From: a virus
Lineage: Duplodnaviria > Heunggongvirae > Uroviricota > Caudoviricetes
IMG/VR virus record: IMGVR_UViG_2695420714_000002
Length of the DNA stretch: 12,596 nucleotides
Strand: one strand, 5' to 3'
Shown one piece after another: positions 7,642 to 12,596 of the stretch. The position numbers and the translations under genes are program-made. The first letter of the stretch is position 1, and each line of letters begins with the position of its first letter. A model generated the notes under the pieces. That model did no database searches. It saw only the letters and a program-made list of their open reading frames with translations, and was not told the DNA's origin.

Positions 7642-7975
7642 GAGAACCTCCCGCTACAGTTGCGCCCATGTCATTAACCATGCTTTGCCATATCTCACGC
7701 CCGACGTCAGTCAATCCGTCCTTAGTGACGCAACGATCAAGAAGCTCTATCACCACGGTTTCCCACTGCGGGTAGAACACTTTCATGGCTGCCAGTGTGT
7801 AGCTATCGATCAGGCTGCGAACGCCTTTTACTCCATTGACGATTTCCACACGGACGGCCTCGCCGTCCGCATCAACCATGAAATAGTCCCCGCCGCTGGT
7901 GGAGGTAATGTGGTTATACAGTGCCGACGCATACTTATTTGCCAGCGCATTCAGTCGGAAATTTTTAGTAATCAT
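7634..7975 (-). CDS. Hypothetical protein (113 aa)
   Basis: ATG at 7975 with GGAG/GAGGA upstream; 10-nt gap after the upstream gene stop; same-strand operon context. Confidence 0.55.
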   Translation of the reverse strand: MITKNFRLNALANKYASALYNHITSTSGGDYFMVDADGEAVRVEIVNGVKGVRSLIDSYTLAAMKVFYPQWETVVIELLDRCVTKDGLTDVGREIWQSMVNDMGATVAGGSHA

Positions 7976-7985
7976 GGCTCCATCC

Positions 7986-8588
7986 TCAGTGCGTCACTGG
8001 TTCCGCTGGCATGCCGTTTTCATTCAGTTCAGCTATAAAGCTGTTGTGAAGTTCAGCAAGCGTTTCACGACCAAATGGAGTCAGTGCTCCTTGTTCCACA
8101 TCCATCATGGCTCTGTAGAAAATGATGGCGCGTTCTGTGCCAGACTCGATGCCAAAACGTTCTATCATCGCGCCCTCAATGTTGTTTGCCATAGCGAGGC
8201 GCTCTGCTACTGGATACAGCGGCATGGCGACGATGCCGTTGGAATAAACAGCCACTTCGGAAGGATTGCCAGTATCATCAATGATGCTGACAGTGCCGTT
8301 TTCCTCTCTCATTTCCAGCATGAATACTGTTGCGATCAGCCATCTCCACATAATGACGTTATGCTGTGATGTGTAATCGAAATATCCTTGGTTGCCGCCA
8401 TCGGCAATAGCGAGATGTATTGACATACCTTCATCTGGTTTATCGTCATAATCCCCGGCATCCAGACGATTTACGGCATCAATATATGAAACGGCCTCAA
8501 CGCGTTCTGTCATGCCATCGTTGCTGCGGTGTATGATGTTTACGCCGTCAGGCGTTGCTTCTGCATGGAAGGTTAAGAAATTATTCAT
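7986..8588 (-). CDS. Hypothetical protein (about 200 aa; start re-called at the internal ATG, the track ORF extends to 8693)
   Basis: The track ORF 7986..8693 overlaps the upstream gene by about 110 nt. The internal Met (MNNFLTFHAEATPDG...) at about 8588 gives the ATGAATAA-type 8-nt start/stop overlap seen at other junctions in this operon, with GAGG upstream. Confidence 0.55.
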   Translation of the reverse strand: MNNFLTFHAEATPDGVNIIHRSNDGMTERVEAVSYIDAVNRLDAGDYDDKPDEGMSIHLAIADGGNQGYFDYTSQHNVIMWRWLIATVFMLEMREENGTVSIIDDTGNPSEVAVYSNGIVAMPLYPVAERLAMANNIEGAMIERFGIESGTERAIIFYRAMMDVEQGALTPFGRETLAELHNSFIAELNENGMPAEPVTH

Positions 8589-8802
8589 GTTTCGCCTCGC
8601 CTGAATGATTCTGTAACTCATATTTGCCCAACAATTCGTCTGCTTCCTGAATAGCTTCTGGTACGCCATTGAGCAGTGACATAACCGCGCCAATCATTAA
8701 CTTGTCTCTGTTGCTGGGGCTGGCCCCTTCAAGCCAGAACCCTAAAACAGTCTGAACCTGTTCGATGCGACATTGCGCTTCAATGAGCTGGATGTTGGTC
8801 AT
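8581..8802 (-). CDS. Hypothetical protein (73 aa)
   Basis: ATG at 8802 with SD GGAGAG about 6 nt upstream; ATGA-type 4-nt overlap with the upstream gene. Confidence 0.55.
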   Translation of the reverse strand: MTNIQLIEAQCRIEQVQTVLGFWLEGASPSNRDKLMIGAVMSLLNGVPEAIQEADELLGKYELQNHSGEAKHE

Positions 8803-9062
8803 TTCGCACTCTCCGCATCGATTAAACTGATATCTATCAGAGAGGTAACTTTTTGTAGCCAGCTAGTGATTACTGTCGCCTGTTCCCCTCCCACCGATGG
8901 AAGAATCTCATTCATCACATGAACCAGACCTGTGCGCGCTCTGGTAAGCCGTTCAGTCGTGCGATCTGCAAGAGTGAATGTGTCTGGATATGGCTCTTCA
9001 CGGCTCAGCAATGATTCAATTTCCAGCTCACACGGATGACGATAAATTAAGTTGATATTCAT
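8799..9062 (-). CDS. Hypothetical protein (87 aa)
   Basis: ATG at 9062 with a G-rich SD (GGGGG) about 7 nt upstream; ATGA overlap with the upstream gene stop. Confidence 0.55.
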   Translation of the reverse strand: MNINLIYRHPCELEIESLLSREEPYPDTFTLADRTTERLTRARTGLVHVMNEILPSVGGEQATVITSWLQKVTSLIDISLIDAESAK

Positions 9063-9253
9063 TTTTCACCCCCAAGAATTACCAGCTCTGCACGAGCATC
9101 GTTAACCAAAGATGAGCACGCTTTAATCGCATCCACGACATCAGCAGCGTCCATTTCTTCAGCCGAAAGACTGACAGCAACCAGGACAGCCGCTGCTTGC
9201 TCGATTAATTGAAGTGCGGACGTAAGTCGAGGGGCATTAATTGAGTTATTCAT
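9059..9253 (-). CDS. Hypothetical protein (about 64 aa; start re-called at the internal ATG, the track ORF extends to 9310)
   Basis: Internal Met ([10 protein letters not shown]...) at 9253 with AGGGG about 7 nt upstream and an 8-nt ATGAATAA-type overlap with the stop of the upstream 72-aa gene. The longer track start would overlap that gene by about 65 nt. Confidence 0.5.
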   Translation of the reverse strand: MNNSINAPRLTSALQLIEQAAAVLVAVSLSAEEMDAADVVDAIKACSSLVNDARAELVILGGEK

Positions 9254-9464
9254 TGGTTGCCCCTGTTTTTCCAGGCATTTCGCCACCTTCCAGCAGGAAA
9301 TGAACGTCACGAACGGCGAGATCCAATATCGCGAGTAACGCCTTCAGTTTTTCGTCTCGTGAGGGAGAGTTGCTCACCAGAATGTCATTAATCACTTCTG
9401 TCAGTGTGATGATCTGGCTTGTGCGTTCGAGGGGATCCATATGCACATCGTAGGTTTTAATCAT
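9246..9464 (-). CDS. Hypothetical protein (72 aa; [13 protein letters not shown]...), annotated here as an independent gene rather than the C-terminus of the 355-aa track ORF
   Basis: ATG at 9464 preceded by SD GGAGG with a 6-nt spacer. The start overlaps the stop of the 64-aa gene as ATGATTAA. The translated sequence is helical and protein-like, unlike the 355-aa frame immediately upstream of it. Confidence 0.6.
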   Translation of the reverse strand: MIKTYDVHMDPLERTSQIITLTEVINDILVSNSPSRDEKLKALLAILDLAVRDVHFLLEGGEMPGKTGATNE

Positions 9465-10313
9465 GTGCCACCTCCATGCGGATACGACCAGCAAAAAAGC
9501 AGACGTGATCGCGCACCAGAGAACGGCGAGCATCGCGTTCAGACTCGGCAGCAATATGATGAATTTTGGCGGTAATTGTCGGGCAATCGCGGCGAACTGC
9601 GGCGATAATCCAGATAAATTGCGGTTTTTGGGTAGGGGTAGTAGCCAGCATGTGGCAGCCTCCTTGTACTGGGAATTCTTCCCACCACCGGAGCTGCGAA
9701 ACTCGCTGGTGGTGGACTGAACAGAGTTCGCAGTACCGGCGTACAAGGAAACCGGCCAGCCTTTCGGCTGCCCTGTCCAGCCCACCATAATTTTGCAAGC
9801 GACGCGGATTATAACCACATCACTGAAAAAAGTGTGAGTCTGGCTAACGGCACAAAAAAAGACGCTCGGCGCGTCATGTGTCGCCTCGTACATTTCCGGG
9901 CTGCGAAACCCGGCACCCGTTTTATGAGGTGCCTTATAACCATAAACCGTGTTGCCGCATAACGACAAGCTCTTTTTTATGGACTCCGAAAACTCACTAT
10001 TGGAAGCACCAGATGCACAATACATCGCGCTCATTTCGTTAACGTCGCGCGTGTGGACGAAGGTTTTTGTGGAGCCACTACGCGAGCAGAGAAAGCCATC
10101 TACGACCAGAAATTCTCTGGCGCAGCCGCTGACCCTCTCAACGCTAACACCATCGACCGTAATTTCTGACATAGTTAAGGCATCCGCTCCTACCACCAGC
10201 AAATGATAAACCTTGCTTGCATCTGCTGTATTAATGCCTGATTTTGCTGTCATATTGCTGGATTTTTGCGACATACCAGCCAGTGAAAATATCTTCTTCT
10301 GGGCGGTTAGCAT
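9246..10313 (-). CDS. ORF with a strong start at 10313 (355 aa in the track); probably composite: an N-terminal hypothetical protein of about 150 aa that has lost its stop, or reads through, fused in frame across the leader to the 72-aa gene
   Basis: ATG at 10313 with SD GGAGG about 7 nt upstream and an ATGCTAA-type overlap with the upstream gene stop, so a real gene starts here. The frame stays open through a hairpin-T7 element, a TATAAT, a structured leader and the 64-aa gene in another frame. Both alternative frames hit stop codons shortly after the T7 tract. Confidence 0.3.
   Translation of the reverse strand: MLTAQKKIFSLAGMSQKSSNMTAKSGINTADASKVYHLLVVGADALTMSEITVDGVSVERVSGCAREFLVVDGFLCSRSGSTKTFVHTRDVNEMSAMYCASGASNSEFSESIKKSLSLCGNTVYGYKAPHKTGAGFRSPEMYEATHDAPSVFFCAVSQTHTFFSDVVIIRVACKIMVGWTGQPKGWPVSLYAGTANSVQSTTSEFRSSGGGKNSQYKEAATCWLLPLPKNRNLSGLSPQFAAIARQLPPKFIILLPSLNAMLAVLWCAITSAFLLVVSAWRWHMIKTYDVHMDPLERTSQIITLTEVINDILVSNSPSRDEKLKALLAILDLAVRDVHFLLEGGEMPGKTGATNE
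9457..9651 (-). CDS. Hypothetical protein (64 aa; [22 protein letters not shown]...), first gene of the small-gene/primase operon
   Basis: Internal ATG of the 113-aa track ORF 9457..9798, preceded by a perfect SD (AAGGAGG) with about a 7-nt spacer. Its stop TAA overlaps the next gene's ATG. It lies in a different frame from the 355-aa track ORF, whose translation here is compositionally odd (Trp/Pro-rich). By my base count the ATG is at 9650..9648, one nt off the frame implied by the track. Confidence 0.5.
   Translation of the reverse strand: MLATTPTQKPQFIWIIAAVRRDCPTITAKIHHIAAESERDARRSLVRDHVCFFAGRIRMEVAHD
9653..9747 (-). promoter_or_regulatory. Structured 5' leader: nested hairpins with pseudoknot potential that occlude the SD of the 64-aa gene
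   Basis: Outer 8-bp stem CCTTGTAC (9661-9668) with GTACAAGG (9740-9747); the mRNA arm overlaps the AAGGAGG SD. Inner 10-bp GC-rich stem 9681-9690 with 9705-9714, with a 14-nt loop. Loop sequence CTGCGAA (9694-9700) is complementary to TTCGCAG (9726-9732). Confidence 0.4.
9853..9874 (-). terminator. Terminator-like GC hairpin followed by a T7 run on the minus strand (candidate attenuator or intrinsic terminator)
   Basis: Plus-strand A7 at 9853-9859 followed by GACGC-tcggc-GCGTC at 9860-9874; on the minus-strand RNA this is a hairpin followed by UUUUUUU. The stem is only 5 bp, so this is weak. A TATAAT on the minus strand (about 9812..9807) follows it. Confidence 0.3.
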
Positions 10314-10489
10314 TTGTTAACCTCCGCGAACTCCTTCATGAAACGTGCCAGCGGTTGTACGCATGGCGATTGATACCCGTCGCGATAAAACGTCACTCGG
10401 TTGTGAGACACGCTTTCGACAGTAACGAGTGCTCCGTGGGCATCTTTGTAGCGTTTTTGAGGTTGTGGTGTTCCTGTCGGCTTAAACAT
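10307..10489 (-). CDS. Hypothetical small protein (60 aa; start re-called at the internal ATG, the track ORF extends to 10576)
   Basis: Internal Met (MFKPTGTPQPQKRYKDAHG...) at 10489 with SD GGAGG 6 nt upstream and an 8-nt overlap with the antirepressor stop (ATGTTTAA). The longer track start lies inside the antirepressor gene. Confidence 0.55.
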   Translation of the reverse strand: MFKPTGTPQPQKRYKDAHGALVTVESVSHNRVTFYRDGYQSPCVQPLARFMKEFAEVNKC

Positions 10490-11315
10490 GGACCGCCTCC
10501 AGACGCTTAGCGAGCCAGCGTTGCGACAGGCGGGTGAGTTCTCCTTTGCGCTGCTCATATTCCATGCCCATATCAATTAACGTGATATTGGTGCTTTCGA
10601 GATATGAGAGGTGCTCAAGCTGTTCTGCGTTCATATGGTCGCGAGGTTCGCCAGAATAGCCATTTATCCGCGCCCACTGCTTAGCAGTTAGCCCACCAAG
10701 AACGATACGAGAAATCATATTGCTCTCGTTTGTGTAGTGGTGTTGCTGCGTCGTTTTACCCATCTCGGCACGGGCCATATTCAGCGCATCGCACATTGGC
10801 TTAAAGTTGTTTGCGGCACTGATACGGGCTTTTAGCTGGCGACGATAGCGGGCGGCGATTTCAGGCACGCTACGCTGTAATTCTTCCTCGCACTGGATGA
10901 AATAACGGCGGATAGCGCGACCCTGATCATTGCGTTCGATCATTGCCAGTTCTTTCGCCATTCCGACACTTAACAGATAGTCTTTGCCGGGCCTGCCAGA
11001 CTGCTTAATCTTGCTGTAAGCCGCGCCATTCGGGCTTTTCCCCAAATTTGGGGAAATTGTTTTATGGACTGAGTAATCGCGCCCAATGGTGAAGTCATAC
11101 TCAGAGATGCGATCAGTGATCCATGTAGAGAAGTCTTTTCCCACGCCCAACGCTTTGTGTAACGCTTTTGCGCTAACAATATTGGTTTCACGCCCACCGA
11201 TATGACCAGGAATAACCGGGACAATTGCGGCAAATTCATTACCGTTAATTGTGCCCAGAAAGGCGTTCGGATGAGGGGCGGCCTCAGAAATTAATCTGCT
11301 TTTTTCGATGTTCAT
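10482..11315 (-). CDS. Phage antirepressor-like protein, AntA/AntB family (277 aa)
   Basis: Segments such as VSAKALHKALGVGKDFSTWITDRISEYDFTIGRDY and DYLLSVGMAKELAMIERNDQGRAIRRYFIQCEEEL match conserved AntA-type antirepressor motifs as I recall them. SD GGAGAC 8 nt upstream of the ATG at 11315. Confidence 0.6.
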   Translation of the reverse strand: MNIEKSRLISEAAPHPNAFLGTINGNEFAAIVPVIPGHIGGRETNIVSAKALHKALGVGKDFSTWITDRISEYDFTIGRDYSVHKTISPNLGKSPNGAAYSKIKQSGRPGKDYLLSVGMAKELAMIERNDQGRAIRRYFIQCEEELQRSVPEIAARYRRQLKARISAANNFKPMCDALNMARAEMGKTTQQHHYTNESNMISRIVLGGLTAKQWARINGYSGEPRDHMNAEQLEHLSYLESTNITLIDMGMEYEQRKGELTRLSQRWLAKRLEAVHV

Positions 11316-11327
11316 TTTCAGTCTCCG

Positions 11328-11759
11328 TTAGGCGGCGTTAAACGCGTCCGGGTAGAGTTTCAGAATGTCGGCAATTTCCTGCTGAGAAAGTCCGTTGTGA
11401 TCATTTATGTTCGCAAGATGGTTAACATGAGTGATCACTTTCAGAACATCACCACGGCAGGAGAAACGGTAGCGAAGGTGTGCTCCGATACCATCAGGAT
11501 TCTTTTCGTCGATACGCTCCAGAGTGATCCCAAGCTGGCGTTCTAACTCTGTTGCATAGTTACGACCAGAAGACAGACGGCAGTAGCGAAGAATGTCGTT
11601 TTCTGTCCATCCCTCTATACCAGTACGCAGCATATAGACTCGGGCGCGATGCTTTTTTGGTGTGCGCTTTGGTGCTTGAAGGGATTTTGTCAGGGGCGTA
11701 ACATCAGATACGCGAATATCTGAATTAGCCGCCTGTAATGGGCGGTTTTTCTTTTCCAT
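11328..11759 (-). CDS. Hypothetical protein (143 aa), translationally coupled to the AlpA-like gene
   Basis: ATG at 11759 overlaps the AlpA-like gene stop by 1 nt. Basic N-terminus (PKRTPKKHRAR). No recognisable catalytic motif. Confidence 0.55.
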   Translation of the reverse strand: MEKKNRPLQAANSDIRVSDVTPLTKSLQAPKRTPKKHRARVYMLRTGIEGWTENDILRYCRLSSGRNYATELERQLGITLERIDEKNPDGIGAHLRYRFSCRGDVLKVITHVNHLANINDHNGLSQQEIADILKLYPDAFNAA

Positions 11760-11962
11760 CAGGCCACCTTCCCGCGGCGTTCTGCCAGCCAGTTGTGAAT
11801 CTCAACCGCATCAAACGCAGTTATTTTTTCTCCCAGCTTTACCGGACGTGGTAGTGAACCGTTTCTTACTTTACGGTCGATGGTGGATACACTAACGCCC
11901 AGCAATTCAGCCAGGCGGAAGCGTCTGATATAGCCTTTTGTAGGAATAGTGTCGGTGTTCAT
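11759..11962 (-). CDS. alpA: AlpA-family (prophage CP4-57-type, excisionase-like) helix-turn-helix transcriptional regulator (67 aa)
   Basis: 67 aa. RFRLAELLGVSVSTIDRKVRNGSLPRPVKLGEKITAFDAVEIHNWLAER fits the AlpA pattern of an HTH followed by a conserved Pro/Lys segment and a C-terminal Trp-containing helix. First gene of the operon. Confidence 0.7.
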   Translation of the reverse strand: MNTDTIPTKGYIRRFRLAELLGVSVSTIDRKVRNGSLPRPVKLGEKITAFDAVEIHNWLAERRGKVA

Positions 11963-11963
11963 G

Positions 11964-12011
11964 CTTCCCGTAACCTCTTAGCGATAGTTGTTGCTTCGTT
12001 ACGGGAGGAAG
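11964..12011 (-). promoter_or_regulatory. 5' UTR stem-loop that sequesters the AlpA-like gene ribosome-binding site
   Basis: CTTCCCGTAAC (11964-11974) pairs with GTTACGGGAGGAAG (11998-12011): 9 bp, a 2-nt bulge and about 2 more bp. The 3' arm on the mRNA (GTTACGGGAAG) ends 1 nt before the ATG. Confidence 0.35.
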
Positions 12012-12030
12012 TATCTGTACATATATGAAC

Positions 12031-12061
12031 AATAAAAAGGCACAGTAATGATACTGTGCCT
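12031..12061 (-). terminator. Rho-independent terminator downstream of the 134-aa gene
   Basis: 10-bp stem AGGCACAGTA/TACTGTGCCT (12038-12047 and 12052-12061) with a 4-nt loop. On the minus strand it is followed by TTTTTATTGTT (plus-strand aataaaaa at 12031-12038). It sits about 15 nt after the stop at 12077. Confidence 0.6.
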
Positions 12062-12076
12062 GAATAGTTAGCTACT

Positions 12077-12481
12077 CTACCCCTTACCGTTGGCGGCAGC
12101 ACGTAAGTGTCTCAAAATCACATCTTCATTTGTGATTGCTAACGGTGGAATTTCGTCTTTATGAGCCACTATGCAATCCCGCCACTTCTCAGGGCTTATT
12201 TCTTTCTTTTTGCCACGGCATTCATCAGGATACTTTGACAAAAGATATATTGCTGATTTGAAAAGTTTTTCCCTGTTTTCAGCATGTCTCTCGGCATTAT
12301 GGTTGCTATTTTTTATTTCAGGTATTAGTTCCTGTTCTACCGCCATTTCGTATCGTTTTTTGCTCTTAGCTGCGTCAAAACTTCCATTAACCTTTGCGTC
12401 GTGAAGATATTCTAAATCAGCCTTTGTTATATAAATGTTTTTATCTGACAGGCTACTCAGGTGAATCTGGGAACTTTGCAT
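12077..12481 (-). CDS. Hypothetical protein (134 aa), AT-rich stand-alone accessory gene between the presumed integration end and the AlpA-like gene
   Basis: ORF with visibly lower GC than its neighbours (AAA/AAT/ATA-rich codons). Charged, Lys/Glu-rich product with no recognisable motif. Has its own terminator; the RBS is weak. Confidence 0.5.
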   Translation of the reverse strand: MQSSQIHLSSLSDKNIYITKADLEYLHDAKVNGSFDAAKSKKRYEMAVEQELIPEIKNSNHNAERHAENREKLFKSAIYLLSKYPDECRGKKKEISPEKWRDCIVAHKDEIPPLAITNEDVILRHLRAAANGKG

Positions 12482-12533
12482 TTTGAATGTAAGCGTGCAG
12501 CAAGAACCGTATTGACGGGGATGTGTTATTCAG

Positions 12534-12596
12534 TCGGCAGTGCTACGCGCCAGGGGAGCAGTTCGCCGACCCGGTTTATCGGCCAGTCGGCTATGA
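12534..12596 (-). CDS. Possible 3' end of a minus-strand gene running in from beyond the right edge (for example an integrase); identity unknown
   Basis: Two minus-strand frames are open from the window edge to stops at about 12531-12536 (for example ...IADWPINRVGELLPWRVALPTE*). GC-rich, unlike the adjacent AT-rich gene. No start is visible in the window. Confidence 0.2.

Noticed and set aside
319-8369. Plus-strand ORFs listed in the track (319..660, 353..538, 1596..1808, 2117..2503, 3482..3664, 3519..3731, 4919..5101, 5031..5312, 5504..5791, 5941..6180, 6439..6657, 6488..6712, 6888..7073, 7640..8038, 7899..8369)
   Set aside because: Each lies entirely inside a longer, better-supported minus-strand gene (start/stop coupling, SD sequences, recognisable motifs), and the translations are low-complexity or Cys/Trp/Arg-rich. 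Antisense shadow ORFs.
9661-9747. tRNA-like or tmRNA-like gene in the structured region
   Set aside because: No cloverleaf: there is a GTTCG-containing segment but no T-arm stem, no anticodon arm and no CCA-compatible acceptor stem. Interpreted as a regulatory leader structure instead.
9457-9798. Full 113-aa extent of the minus ORF 9457..9798, and the plus ORFs 9463..9720 and 9566..9790
   Set aside because: The upstream part of the 113-aa ORF covers the structured leader and starts at a non-ATG codon without an SD. Only the internal ATG with the perfect AAGGAGG SD (about 9651) is credible. The plus ORFs are antisense to it and lack an RBS.
11040-11053. Perfect 14-bp palindrome CCCCAAATTTGGGG inside the antirepressor gene
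   Set aside because: About one perfect 14-bp palindrome is expected by chance in 12.6 kb, and it lies within coding sequence. Not reportable on its own, although it abuts the third copy of the TTTTATGGACT motif.
10970-11239. 89-aa minus-strand ORF nested inside the antirepressor gene, and the ORFs 1978..2229, 2242..2493, 2892..3077, 3353..3748, 4781..4963 and 5690..5953
   Set aside because: All are out-of-frame ORFs embedded in longer genes on the same strand that have better starts and motif support. No independent RBS or coupling signal.
1-12596. CRISPR array, rRNA, or a complete integrase/att site
   Set aside because: No regularly spaced repeat-spacer units and no rRNA-like sequence. An integrase is at most hinted at by an open frame running off the right edge, and no att core can be identified without flanking sequence.

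Overview
The window is coded almost entirely on the minus strand and reads as a mosaic, prophage- or satellite-derived accessory region. Motif coordinates that I counted by eye are approximate (plus or minus 1-2 nt); CDS coordinates follow the supplied ORF track unless I state a re-called start. From right to left (the direction of transcription): (1) a possible 3' gene fragment at the right edge; (2) an AT-rich stand-alone 134-aa gene with its own intrinsic terminator; (3) a regulatory operon of an AlpA-family HTH regulator, a 143-aa ORF, an AntA-type antirepressor, a 60-aa ORF and an ORF starting at 10313 that has a strong RBS but no in-frame stop for about 1 kb; (4) a structured leader region with a triad of mutually complementary repeats and a hairpin plus T7 terminator-like element; (5) a chain of eight translationally coupled small genes ending in a 919-aa primase with zinc-finger, TOPRIM and P-loop motifs; (6) an origin-like non-coding region with six GTTGGTTCA iterons around an AT-rich core, two related palindromic operator-like sites and an intrinsic terminator; (7) a promoter-like site, an unlisted 53-aa ORF with RHH-like residue pattern and a four-gene cassette whose sizes and order match the P22 gene 14/7/20/16 ejection-protein module; (8) the last of those genes is cut off by an IS629-like (IS3 family) insertion sequence at the left edge. 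No rRNA, tRNA or CRISPR array is evident. The listed plus-strand ORFs look like shadow ORFs. The most unusual signals are the repeat triad in the leader, the iteron region, the direct juxtaposition of a primase module with an ejection-protein cassette, and the block of coupled small genes of unknown function.
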